NCBI GenBank assembly: GCA_025594325.1
Contig: JANHCV010000001.1
Location: 4,774,001 to 4,838,000 of the forward strand
Source: Blastocladiella emersonii ATCC 22665
Taxonomy: Eukaryota > Fungi > Blastocladiomycota
Direction of reading: 5' to 3'
Length of the DNA: 64,000 nucleotides
A model generated the notes under the pieces. It had not been told where the DNA came from and did no database searches. It worked only from the letters and a program-made list of their open reading frames with translations. Positions 33,383 through 44,861 of the stretch are shown one piece after another. Position numbers and translations under genes: made by a program. The first letter of the stretch is position 1. Each line of letters starts with the position of its first letter.

Positions 33383-34930
33383 ATGATGCAAACGAATGGA
33401 AACCTACTCTCGATCTTCGACCTGCCCGTCGACGTCCAAGAGCGCGTCGCGGCGCACCTCGACGATGCGTATGCGCTTCGGCTGACGTCGCGCGCCGCCC
33501 TCGACTCGTCGTTGTGGCACAGCAAGCCGTGGTGGCCTGCCGTCTTTGCGCTTGTCGGCGGCGACACGAACAAGTTCCGCGCCGCGATCCCCGCCTACTT
33601 TGGCCGGCTCAAGGGCGCGCGCGCGGCCAAGAAGCGCGAGAAGAAGAAGCAGCTGTTCTTTGAGCTCGCTCGCGCGCTCGTCTGCGCCAATGTCGGCGAG
33701 GGCAAGTCGTGGGCCGCGCTGCGCGACTGGGCCGGCGGCGAGCTTCCGATCGACGCGGCGGGCTACTTTGCGATCATCCGCGCAGGGCTGCACGTCGAGT
33801 CGGACGATGACTTTGACTACGACGAGCCCGAGCACGAGGAGGAGGAGGAGGAGGAGGATGCCGACGCTTATGATGTCGACGAGGTGGATGAAGAGTCCCC
33901 GTCCGCCAAAGCCGATCGCCGCGAATCGCCTACGTCTCCCGAGTCCAAACACTCGATTGCCGCTCTTACCGTCGTCCTGCAGTGGAAAACCCGCAAGGGC
34001 GGCCTACTGTACGCCTCCTATGCGGAGCAGACCAAGACCACGTTCGAGTCGCAGCCCCCGCCAATCGCGCCCGTGCTCGCAAGCCCGCTCATCTCGTCGC
34101 CCGTCCGCCGTGACCTGCTTCGTGCTCATTGCCGCGCCAAGTTTTACGGCGAGAGGCCCGGCGAGCTCGTCCCCGCCATGCTGCTCGAGGGCACCAATTT
34201 TGTCCTCGAGATCTTGTGCCTTTCGCTCCGCCGAATCTGCGGCAGGGTCGACGCGCTCCACGCCCGCGTCGAGTCGTTCCTCGAGCACTTGATCCTGCAC
34301 GCGTTTGGGTCCGAGGAGCACTTTCACACAATGCGGCTTGTCCACGACATTCTCGTTGCCGCCACCAGCAAGCTGTTCCGGCCCTACGGGCCGCCCATGG
34401 CGTACCCCGTGGATCTCGTCAGCAAGGCGGACGTCGCCGCTGCAGTCGGCCGTGGCTACGAACGCATCAAGCAGGTCCGCCGCGAGCTGCTGCCTGCTGG
34501 CACTCAAGACGACGACCAATACGACGAGACGCTGCCGATCCACGTCGATCTCCATGAGATCTTGACCGGCGCATCCCAGATCGAGTACGAGCGCATGTTC
34601 AGCCGCGCATTCATGCTCGCTGTCGCACGCTACGCGCCTCGGGCCAGCGAGGCCCTCCGCGCGTGGGTCTGCGAGCTGCGGTTCTGGAAGCCGTCAATCT
34701 CGCTGTGGACCGTCATCGTTACGATGCTGCGCAAAAACGGCCCCGCTGACGTGGCCGCCGAGGCTGAACCGCTCTTCCCCATCGCAGAGCACGAAGAAGA
34801 GCCCATCATGCTACTGTTCAACATCGGGTCCGAGATGGTTGTGCGCTCGACGCCGTACTCGTCGCTGGCCGAGCTCCGCAAGGCGTACGAGGTCGCCGCC
34901 CGCGCCCCGCGTAGGGGCCGCTACATCTAA
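33383..34930 (+). CDS. F-box-like family protein, paralogue 3 (intronless)
   Basis: IFDLPVDVQERVAAHL; N-terminal half nearly identical to paralogue 1; same conserved blocks. Confidence 0.8.
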   Translation: MMQTNGNLLSIFDLPVDVQERVAAHLDDAYALRLTSRAALDSSLWHSKPWWPAVFALVGGDTNKFRAAIPAYFGRLKGARAAKKREKKKQLFFELARALVCANVGEGKSWAALRDWAGGELPIDAAGYFAIIRAGLHVESDDDFDYDEPEHEEEEEEEDADAYDVDEVDEESPSAKADRRESPTSPESKHSIAALTVVLQWKTRKGGLLYASYAEQTKTTFESQPPPIAPVLASPLISSPVRRDLLRAHCRAKFYGERPGELVPAMLLEGTNFVLEILCLSLRRICGRVDALHARVESFLEHLILHAFGSEEHFHTMRLVHDILVAATSKLFRPYGPPMAYPVDLVSKADVAAAVGRGYERIKQVRRELLPAGTQDDDQYDETLPIHVDLHEILTGASQIEYERMFSRAFMLAVARYAPRASEALRAWVCELRFWKPSISLWTVIVTMLRKNGPADVAAEAEPLFPIAEHEEEPIMLLFNIGSEMVVRSTPYSSLAELRKAYEVAARAPRRGRYI

Positions 34931-36461
34931 TGTCACAGTTCGTGTAATTGACGTGTTTGCATCAAATTTATCCTGTACTTGCCACTCCTTATTGCCTTTC
35001 AGGTTCAGGGAGCGCGTCGGGCACGAGGTCAGTCGGCAGCCAGGTCGGCGACAGCGAGCGAACTCGGCGGTGGTCGCCGCGCTGGTCGCCGCGCAGGACG
35101 CCTGAACCCGACCTCCCCTGCAAACGGTTGATATCTCACACCCCACGCGACTACTTGATGCAAACTAATGTAATAGAGCCGACGGTCTTTGGCTTATCAA
35201 AAGAGCTGCAGCGCCGCATAGCGTCGCTCCTCAGCCCTCGCGCCGCGATGCAGCTCCGCGCCGCTTCGCGAGACATCAACGCATCGTCGCTTTGGCGCGG
35301 CAAGCCGTCGTGGGAACTCGCTCTTACCCTCATGTCCGGAAACCGCGAGGCCTTCCTCTCGGCCGCGCCCAAGTACCAGGGCCGCCGTAAGAGCGTGCAC
35401 GCGGACTTCAAGCGCCGCGACATGAAGGCGCTGTTCGTCGAGCTCGCTTCTGCCCTTGTGCGCGCCGATGTCGGCGATCCCAAGAAATGGGGCATGCTCC
35501 GCGAATGGGCCTGTGGCGAGCTCCCGCTTGACGCAGCAAGTTACTTTGATATCGCGCGCTCAGGCGCGCCGAAACCCGTCCAATGCGACCCGTTCGGCGA
35601 CTACGACGACTCTGATGCCGAGTCCCTTTCGGTTGACGAGGCTCCAGCACCACCCAGCCGCGGCCACGCGGTCGCAGCGCTGGGCGTCGTGCTGCAGTGG
35701 CGGAACCGCAACGGCAAGCTCATGTACACGACGTTCGCCGAGCAGATCGGGTCCAAGCTTACCCTCGCACCCATCTCGCCCGCTCTCGCGAACCCCGCCA
35801 TCCGGTCCAAGACCCGACGCGCCATCCTGCGAGTCCAAGCCAAAGCTCGGCGGTTCGACTTGGAGGACGAGGACACTGACGCCCTCGTCTCGGCCACGAT
35901 CCTCGAGGGCGCCACCTTTACGCTCGAAATCATGTGTCACGCGATCCGCGAGTTCCGCACACGCTCGTTTCTCGTCCATTTGCCGTCACACAGCCTTCGG
36001 CTGGCACCGGCGCAGGGCTTTGCCCTTTCGCCCTTGCCTTTGGCCGTCCTTGCCTCGCGTTCGCTTCCCCTCTTCAGCGTTCGTGAGAGTAAGTCGGCAA
36101 TGAACACCTTTTCAGTTGCGCACACTTTTGTGATTCCGGCTCGCATCCTCGGGAAGAATGCTCGCGAGATAGACACGTTACCCGCGTCCAAGTTGACCAC
36201 GTTGCGCAGCGCGTGCACCTCCTGGCGCATCAGCGAGCGCTTGCCGACCTTGAACTCACCCACGGGCGTAAGCACGCTGACGTGCAGGTTGCGCGTGATC
36301 GCGAGGTCGATGAAGCGTCGTTGTAGGCAGACAGCATCGTCGTCGCCTCGTTAGGTCGATAATCAACGCCGCAGCCGTTCATCTTCATGATCCCGCAGAG
36401 CGCACAGTGCACGGGCGACGCCAACGGCAGCGCGCCCAACGTCCGCGTTGTTGTCGGCAGC

Positions 36462-37303
36462 CAGCGTCGCCTCATTATATTGAGGAACAGTGCCGCCTTG
36501 TTGAATAGATGATCAGCGTCGCCTTGTCGCGTTGATGATCATCGTCGCCTTGTTGAGTTGAAGTTCAGCGCCGCCTCATTGCGTCAATGAACAGCGTCGC
36601 CTCGTTGGGTCGATGATCAGGTTTGCCTTGTTGGGTTGATAACCTGCGTCGCCTTGTTGCGTAGATGACCAGCGTCGCCTCGTTGCATCCATGACCAGCG
36701 TCGTCTTGTTGGGTTGATGCCAGCGTTGCCTTGTCGAGTTGATAGTCAGCGTCGCCTTGTCGAGTTGGTGATCAGCGTTGCCTTGTTGTGCTGGCGACCA
36801 GCGTCGCCTTGCTGCGTTGATGTCCAGCGTCGCCTCGTTCCGTGAATGTCTAGCGTCGCCTCGTTACGTCAATGTTCAGCGCCACCTTGTTACTTCAATG
36901 TTCAGCGTCGCCTCATTGCGTTGATGACCAGCGTTGCCTCGTTAAGTTGCGGATCAGCGTTGCCTCGTTGCGTTGATAGTCAGCGTCGCCTCGTTGGGTC
37001 GTGATCAGCGTCACCTTGTTCCATTGATGATCAGCGTCGGCTCGTTGCATCGATGACCAGCATCGGCTCGTTGCATCGATGACCAGCATCGGCTCGTTGC
37101 ATCGATGACCAGCGTCGGCTCGTTGCATCGATGGCCAGCGTCGGCTCGTTGCATCGATGACCAGCGTCGCCTCGTTAAGTTGAAGTTCAGCGTCGCCTCG
37201 TTGCATCGTGATCAGCGTCGCCTTGTTGAGTTTGTGATCAGCGTCGCCTCGTTGCGTCAATGACCAGCGTCGCCTCTTGCGTTGATCATCACCGTCGCCT
37301 TGC
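36462..37303. repeat. 26-bp minisatellite, about 32 degenerate copies
   Basis: Unit consensus CAGCGTCGCCTYGTTGCGTTGATGAY; conserved CAGCGTCGCC core, variable 3' half; near-identical run at about 37030-37160. Confidence 0.9.
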
Positions 37304-37785
37304 CGCGCAGCACTAATTGGAGCCAAGACGAGGATTGAGTGCTGCGCTTGAGAGTCAACAAGCAAACAAGGTGAGTTAGCTCGGGTTACGCTCAAATCGT
37401 CATAGCGAAAGTATTGCGTACTTGTCGAGTTTCTGCCCCAGCATATGGTTGCTCATCTCCATCGCGACACGATCAAGGCAAGGAGCAGGGGCTGCGACTC
37501 AACCCAGCCGCGATGCTGCTGCTGTTGCCGCATAACATGCTGCGCAGAGCGACAGTGACAAGGTAACACGTAAGGTGAACCACCGCCTTGGCTCAGCTGC
37601 AAGTTTAACTTTGTAAGGAAGCTAAATGAGGTACAGTCGCCAACTTGGCGCGGATGCGGCTGAAGTCGCACAGCAACCAAGAAAGGTCATTGACACATCA
37701 ATTAGCAACAACAGAGTACATATTTGTTGCGGGTTGGCTTTGAATCAGCGAGGGCGCGCGAGGGAGAAAGGGCGAGGGGACGCGT

Positions 37786-38344
37786 TCAGCCACTCACGTG
37801 ACATGATGAGGCAAGCCCAAATGTGACAATCAACGCCAGACCCGGTGGCGGAGCAGGTGGAGGTACGGTTGCAGATGCGGTAGGCGGAGGCGCAGAACCA
37901 GAAGCCGAAAGCGAGCTGGGTGCGACTGTTGAGGACAAGGTGGTTGAAGTAAGTGCAGCGCTTACATGCGCGCTGAGCGGGTTGATGATGTGGACGAGGC
38001 GGCACGCGCGACGAAAGTTCAGCGCGGTCGTTGGATCGTTGTTGATGAGGGCGAGGCGTAGAGCTGAGAGAGAGGACGGGTCGCGCAGATCTGCGGCGGT
38101 CAGCGACAGCGACGCGAGCAGTCCATGGTATGCGTCGATCAGTTAATGGAGCTTTGCCGACAGACTCGGGGGCGCGTGTATGAGCAGAATTTTGAGCGAG
38201 CCAGGCGGCAGCGTGTCGAGCGGCAGCAGCGCGGTGGCCGTGCGACGCGAAGGTGGCGTAGTTGCTCGAGTCGAGGCACAGCCAGTCGACGAGGCGGTCA
38301 CACTCCTCCGCGGTCCACCTTGGCCGACTGTCGTGTTGCGGCAT
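37786..38344 (-). pseudogene. Decayed Myb/SANT (trihelix)-like DNA-binding protein
   Basis: MPQHDSRPRWTAEECDRLVDWLCLDSSNYATF...AAAWLAQNSAHTRAPESVG, then after a frameshift KLH*LIDAYHGL (TAA at 38143-38145, probably from CAA), followed by an S/P/T-rich tail. Confidence 0.6.
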
Positions 38345-38874
38345 GTTACAGCCGCTCAAGCTTTCGTTTCGTGGAGGAGAAGTGGAGTGCGCAACGTCGC
38401 CCGAGCCAAAGTCGCGAGCAAGCCGCAAAACGCGTTCGACCACAGTCACGTGACATGTATGACTTGATGACACCAAGTGAAATCCGCCAAAAGCACGTGA
38501 CCCAGGATAGAAACGCGAAGGGGCCACCCAATATTTCAGGGCAAAGCCCTGCATTTCAGGGCAAAGCCCTGCACTTGCGCATGGCGCCAATGCTGAATGC
38601 TCTCATCGGCCAAACCTTTGGCCGCCGCGAACATTATTCAATCTCCCGCCTGCTTCACGACATTTTGGTCGTCAGCGCGGACCCGGATGTGACCAACCAG
38701 CTGGACGGCTTCGGCGAGTGTTTCAAAGTGCAAAATCTTGTTGAGTCGGATCAGGAGCACACTTGGGATCGCGTTCAACAAGTCTTCCGAGCAGCCGTAA
38801 AAGCTGCCCTGCCGGATCGTGTTGATGAACACGAAATCGATGACGTTTACGAGGCGGTCGCCAACGCAAAGCGC

Positions 38875-39129
38875 TGCTATTCTACTCAGGCACAGGGGAA
38901 GCGGGATACACGCGACGTACAGCGACAGGATGGTATTGCAGGGGAAATCAACCAGTGTATCAAACAGGAACAGCTTCATTCATCCTCGAACAGGAACCGA
39001 GCGCGAGAGTGCGCCGCGCGTTGGGCTGCAGCGGAGGCGTGGGAGGCGGCATCAGTGGGTGGCGTGATCCACACCTGACCTCGGCGCGTGCGTGTCTCGC
39101 ATGTCTCGCACGCACGCCCCACTACAGCA
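38875..39129 (-). repeat. 3' LTR of copia element
   Basis: 255 bp; 11 mismatches to 44862-45116. Confidence 0.97.
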
Positions 39130-39137
39130 CTCCCGCA
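39130..39137 (-). promoter_or_regulatory. Short polypurine-tract-like site
   Basis: Minus strand reads ...GCGGGAG directly before the 3' LTR, as in many copia elements. Confidence 0.5.
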
Positions 39138-39155
39138 TGGACCTCGGCACCCAGA

Positions 39156-42100
39156 CTACTTGGTCTTGACTGGGACGACGTCCTTGAGCTTGACCATGCC
39201 CATGGCCTTGAGCGTCTCGATGAACTGGTCGCGCGGCACGACCTTGGTGAGGTAGTTGGCGAGGTTCTTCTTGGACGGCACGTACTTGAGCTCGACGACC
39301 TTCTCCTTGACCTGCTCGCGCAGGAAGAACACGCGCACCGAGACGTGCCTGACGGACCAGCGCATGTCACTCGTGGTGGCAAGGATGCGCGCCGCGTCGT
39401 TGTCGATGAACGTCGGCACCATGTCGATCTTCTTGTTGAGCAGGTCAGACGTGAGCGTGTTGAGCCAGGCCACGTCGCGGATCGCCTCAGTGGCGGCGTT
39501 GAGCTCGGCCTTGGTCGTCGAGAGCGCTACCCACAACTGGCGGCGCAAGCACCAGGTCGTCGCGCTGCCGTTGATCAGCGTGACAAACCCTGTGGTCGAT
39601 CTGCGCGTCGCCTCGTCGCCAGCGAAATCGGCGTCCACGTACGCGGACAGATCGACCAACCCATCGGCGGACCGGTGGTACATGATGCCGAGCGAGACGG
39701 TGCCCTTGAGGTACTCGACGATCGCAATGAGCGCGTCCATGTCCATGGTCGTTGGGTTGGCCGCGTTCCGCAACACGACGCTGGTCGCGTACGCAATGTC
39801 AACGCGCGACACAGTCGCGAGGTGCATCAGCCCGCCGAGCAGCGACAGGAACCACTTGCGCTCGCCCGGGTTGAGCGGCACCACCTCCTTGGCCGAGCTG
39901 GTGGCGACCATGGGCGTGCTGCGCGTTCTGGGCGAGTCGCCGCCAAACTCCTTGATCAGGTCGCGTGTGTACTGCGGCTGGCCGATCCAGATCCCGTCCT
40001 TGGTCTGGATCACCTGCATGTTGAGGTATTTTGAGGCCAGGCCCAGGTCCTTGATCTTGAGCTCTTGCGCGAGCGCGGCCTTGACAGCGGCGACCTCCTT
40101 CTCGTCGGTGCCCGCGATCAGGCTGTTGTCAACGTAGGCGATCAGGTACGTGATGGACGTGCGCGTACGCCGAATGTACATGCAGCAGTCGGCGGCGCTG
40201 GCAATGAACCCGTTCTTGATGAGGATGGCGGCGAGGTGGTTCGACCACTTGTGGCCAGCCTGGCGCAGACCGTACAGCGACTTCTTGAGCTTCAGGACGT
40301 GGCCGTCCTTGATGTCCATGCCCTCAGGCGCGCGCATGTACACCGTCTCCTTCAACGACGCGTGGACGTACGCGCTCATCACGTCCATCAAATGGACGGG
40401 CAGGCCCTGCGCGGCGGCGATGGCAAACAGCGTGCGCGCCGATCCGTGGGCGATGGCGGGCGCAAACGTCGCGTTGAAGTCGCGGCCCTCAATCTGCTGG
40501 TTTCCGTGCGCAACGAGACGCGCCTTGAAGCGGGTCACCTCGCCCTCGTTGTTGCGCTTGAGCGCGAACACAAACATGGACGTGATGACGTGGGCCATGC
40601 AGCTGTTGCCGCGCACTGGCCACTTGACAATCTCAAACGTGTCGTTGTCAATGAGAGACTGGAGCTCCTCCTTGATGGCCTGGACCCACTCGGCCCACTG
40701 TGCGCTGGACATGGCCTCCTTATACGTCCGAGGCGTCAGGATGTCAACGAACTCGCCAAGGAACGCGGCGGCCTTGTCATCCAGCAGCGCCGCGATGAAC
40801 CCGTAGTCAAGCGTGTACTCGTCACGCGCGCTGCTGTTTCGCGCAGCGTCGTCCGTTGGATCAATGGTGGTGTCCGAGTCCTTGAACTTGGCCGGCAGCT
40901 GGCCGCGGTTTGAGCGGGCCGGGTTGGTGCGCTTTGGCTTGCGCTCCAGATCAGGCGCGGGAGATGCAGCACGTTTTCAAGCCGCGACGCCGTGATCACC
41001 AATGGGCACCAGGTCCGTAGCGCCGTAATCGCGATTGGGACTGGCGACATCGCGATGCGGTGCTGAGGCGGCTTCGCCGCCCGCACCCTCCCGCCGCGCA
41101 GCGGTGGACACAGCAGCCGGAGCTCCCGCCAACTGCGGCGCAGCAGCTTCCGCTGGCTGCGGCGCAATGGCTCCCGCCGACCTGGGCGCGGCAGCTCCCG
41201 CCAACTTGGGCTCGGCAGCTCCCGCCGACTCGGGCGCAGCAGCCCCCGCCAACTCGGGCTCGGCAGCTCCCGCCGACTTGGGCGCGGCAGCCCCCGCCGA
41301 CTGCCGGCGGAACGACTGCTCCATGACGCGGGTCTTGTTGAACACGGCCCAGCTGGTGGTGTGGATCTCCTGGGTCTCAAGGTTGACGACAATGTACGCG
41401 GCACCGCCGTTGGTGTAGCCGAGCAGGCGCATCGAGGAACCACGCGGGCGGATCTTGCTGATGTTGTCGCGCGGGGAATGGACAACCACGTCCGCCAACC
41501 ACGCGCGGAAGATGCCAAGATCTGGCGCCTCACCCAACCACGCCTCGTGCGGCGAGATGTGGTAGCGGCCCTCGGGCTGCTTGAGCGCGGTGCTCGGGAG
41601 GCAGTTGCGGACGAAACACGCGGCCGTGAACGCGTACGGCCAGTACGTCTCAGGCAGGTCAACGGCGGCAGCGATTGACGCGCGGGCCTTGACAGTCACG
41701 TCCTGCACCAGCCGCTCAATGCGCCTGTTGGCGTGGTGGTTACCCGGCGGTGAGAAATGCCACTCGATGCCCTTGGCGGCGGCCCACTCGGTGAGCGTCT
41801 TGTTCTTGAACTCGCTGCCGTTGTCCAAGCGGAACCGCTTGACGGTGGTGTCGGTCTTGTTCTCGAGGCGGTTGACGAGCTTCATGATGAACTTGGGCGC
41901 GTCGGACTTGGCCTCGAGGGCAAACGCCCAGGCCTTGCGCGTGTAGTCGTCGAGCACGAGCAGGATGCACGTCTTGTCCTTGATGGCGGCCTCGTTGACA
42001 ATGGCAAGGTTGAAGCGCAGGCACTCGAGGCGCGCCTTGGTCTTCTTGCCCGCGGGGCCCGCCAACGGGCCGCGCTGGATGTTGGCCGTGACGCACAACA

Positions 42101-44494
42101 CACAGATGCCGCCCACGTCCTCGTCGCCGTGGTCCCCAGTGCATCAACGGGCAAGGTCGACCAGCTTGTACGCCGGGTCCGCGAGGACCGCCTTGATGAC
42201 GTGGGCGCCTGGGTGACCGAGCCGCACGTGCACAACGTGCTGCGGCAAGTAGTTGAGCGTTGCGTCGGCAAACGTGTGGAACGCGGCGTTGCACGCGCCA
42301 GCCTCGGGGATGGTCGCGCATGCCACCAGCGCCGTGTGCTGCGCGTTGGTCTCCTTGCCAATCATGTCGGCGAACGACTGCCCGTTGATCTTGGTCATGA
42401 CCTTGACGGCCACGGCGCGCTCCTTGTTGACGGCCTTCTTCATGTCCTCGTCCGACAGGCACGCCCAGAAACAGACGTCGGGGTGCGGCCCCGCGTACGT
42501 GCCGAGATTGGCGACCATCATGGCCGACTCCTCCGTTGGGCGGTGGAAGTGGGCCTTCTTGGCCTTGGGCACCCGCGCCTGCATGCGAGCGGGCAGCGCG
42601 CCGACAAGCGTCAGGAGGCGCCCATGGATCGCGCCCTTGATCTTGCGGCCGCAGGCCAGCTCCAGCATGAAGGTGGTCTTGTTGGCGGGGAACGTCGATG
42701 TCACGCCATCACGCTGCAGCTGCGTCGTGCTGATCAGGTGACGCGCCAGGTCGGGCGCGTACAGGACGTCATGTAGGATGATCCGGGTGGGCCAACCTCA
42801 GCGTCAAGGGGCTGGATCTCGACCTTGCCAATGTGGGTCCCGTACACCGCCATCTGCAACTTGCCCACGGCAATGCAACGAGGGGTGTTGAGCTTGGTGA
42901 GCAAGGTGAAGTTGTCCTTGTAGGGCAAGAGGTGCGTGCTGGCGCCCGAGTCAAGGAGCCAGGTCGACTGCTTGGACCCGTTGCCGTGCATTGTGGTGAG
43001 CAGGGCGTGCTCCGTGATCTTGTTCTCGTTGAGGTCAACCATGCACACGTAGGCCGCGTCCTTTTGCAAGCCACCCGCACGGCGCTTCTCCTTGTGCGCC
43101 TGTGCAATGTCCTCCTTGATCTGGAAGCCCGCCGGCGCCAGGAACTTGGCCATGTCGCGGTCGCGGTCGTGCCAGCACCCGTCAATTACATGAGGCCAGC
43201 CACACAGGCACATCACCTTGCGGCGCCTGTCGCGGCTGTGGCTACGGCTGTGGTACCGCGAGCGCCAGTTGGGGGTGCAGCTACAACCGCGGTAGCTGCC
43301 CTGGTGGCCACCATCACAGCTGCAGCTGCGACTGCGACTGCAACTGCGGCTACGGCTGCGGCCGCGACCCTTGCCGCCCCTGCGCCTGCGGTTGCGCCCG
43401 CCCTTGTCACCGCCGTTACCCGTATGGCAATCGTCGGCAAGGAACGCCTGCTGCACCGCCACGTCGGCACGCTTGGCCAAGGTGGTGGCGTTGGCTGCGT
43501 GGGTGATTGCTGGGCAATGGCGCGCAAAGTACTCAATGACGACCTTGTGGATGTCCAACATGGTCTTGGCCTTCTGGAGCTCCTTGTCGAGCGAGATGAA
43601 CGGCGACAGACCGGTGATTGTTGGGTTGAAAGCGGCCAGGATCTTGATGCCCACCTTGGTGCGGAACATGAAGAAGGCGGCCTTGCTGCCCATGTCGTGG
43701 GTACCCTCGGCGGACCCCATGGCGGTGGTGTAGTGCATGATCTTGTTCTGCAGGTCCACAAGGAACGCGGGCAGGTTGTCGAGGTTGGTCAAGTCAAACT
43801 GGGTGGCATTGAGCTGGCGCTTGAGCTCGGGCATCTGGGCCAAGTGGGTACGCTGCATGTAGCGGTACATCTGGAGCATGATCTCGATCGGCTGGTCGTT
43901 GTGGTTGACGGCGGCCTTGAGCCCGACGGGGAGCGAGTCACGGATGGCAAGGTTCAGCTGCGTTGTGTGCGACGCGAACATGTTCTTGGTCCCCTCGGTC
44001 TTGGCGATCCACTCGGTCTCCGTGAAGAAGAGCGCCAACGTGATGCCGGCGCCACGGGCCGCCATTACAACGTCAATGACCCATGGGTCAAAGTTGATGC
44101 CCTCAATCGACTTGTGCTTGGCAATCTCGAGCTTGAAGGGCGGGATGCGCTCAATCTTGAGGTTGGGGACTGGGATCGGCATGTACGCCGCGAAGAGCGA
44201 CTTGCGCGTCTTCTTGAACTCGTTGACCGACATGCTGAGCTTGGCTGCCAGCTGCGGGTCAATGGTCGCCACAATTGGGCCGCTGCCGCTGCCGCTGCCG
44301 GTGGGCGTCTTGGGCGGTGGGCGCAGCGGGATCTCGGGTGCCGAGTTGATTGTGTTGAAGTACTGGAACATGGCATCACCAATCTGCAGGTTGACAATCT
44401 GCAGGCAGGCGGTTGGCTTGTCAATCTTGCCCTTGAGGAGGTCAGCAATGACCGCGTCGGCCTTGTTCTGCTTGTCCGTGTCGACATCGGTCAT
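39156..44494 (-). pseudogene. copia gag-pol pseudogene
   Basis: Gag knuckle CLCGWPHVIDGC; protease WLLDSGASTH; integrase HVRLGH..CVLC, LDDYTR, FRLDNGSEF, NRRIER; RT RFKARLVAHG, LKKSLYGLRQA, YVDN; RNase H YVDADFAG, ANYLTK; frameshift near 42790, in-frame TGA at 42144-42146 and 40977-40979. Confidence 0.95.
41115..41300 (-). repeat. 24-bp coding tandem repeat (AGAAxPxS/L, about 7-8 copies) in integrase-RT spacer
   Basis: AGAAAPKS-AGAAEPEL-AGAAAPES-AGAAEPKL-AGAAAPRS... Confidence 0.85.
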
Positions 44495-44542
44495 CTGGTA
44501 GCACACGTGACGCCATGCCAGGTCAGCTTCTTGTCCATGGTC

Positions 44543-44725
44543 ATCTCCTTGGTGCTTCAGCTCCCTCGAGGGGCAAGCAAATCTCCTTGGTGCTCCAGCC
44601 CCCTCGTGGGGCAAGCAAAGCTCCTTGGTGCTCCAGCCCCCTTGTGGGGCAAGCAAAGCTCCTTGGTGCTCCAGCCCCCTCGAAGGGCGAGCTTTGGTGC
44701 TCAAGCCCCCTCGTGGGGCGAGCAA
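44543..44725 (-). repeat. 38-bp tandem repeat (about 4.5 copies) in copia 5' leader, with a GCCCC-loop-GGGGC hairpin in the best-preserved units
   Basis: GGTGCT starts at 44551, 44589, 44627, 44665 (period 38), last copy shortened. Confidence 0.85.
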
Positions 44726-44848
44726 CCATCATGCTCTACGCCTTCCGGCAGAGCCTTCTACCCCTGCTGTCCTCATGACAGCTCGAGGTTGCTGGTTACG
44801 TCGAAGACATCTCCTGCGTCTTCTTGAGCTGCGGCAAGAGGCTGCACC

Positions 44849-44861
44849 AGGGCTCATAACC
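44849..44861 (-). promoter_or_regulatory. Primer-binding site complementary to the anticodon stem-loop of initiator tRNA-Met
   Basis: GGTTATGAGCCCT directly after the 5' LTR; the half-tRNA PBS type of yeast Ty5 and Drosophila copia. Confidence 0.85.

Larger units (their letters stand above)
36014..38570 (-). mobile_element. About 2.56-kb TIR-bounded insertion (PIF/Harbinger-like non-autonomous derivative, tentative)
   Basis: Inverted ends AGGGCTTTGCCCT (36014-36026)/AGGGCAAAGCCCT (38558-38570, extra copy 38538-38550) flanked by GC; removal restores the host frame; contains a Myb/SANT-like ORF; left boundary could instead be about 35962. Confidence 0.55.

Noticed and set aside
36462-37303. 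26-bp repeat array as a CRISPR
   Set aside because: Contiguous degenerate units without unique spacers; eukaryotic context; no cas genes
35962-38570. Helitron interpretation of the 2.6-kb insertion
   Set aside because: A terminal hairpin is present, but there is no A|TC start or CTRR|T end on either strand and no RepHel fragment
44543-44725. 38-bp hairpin repeats as a CRISPR or terminator array
   Set aside because: No spacers; lies inside the LTR-element leader
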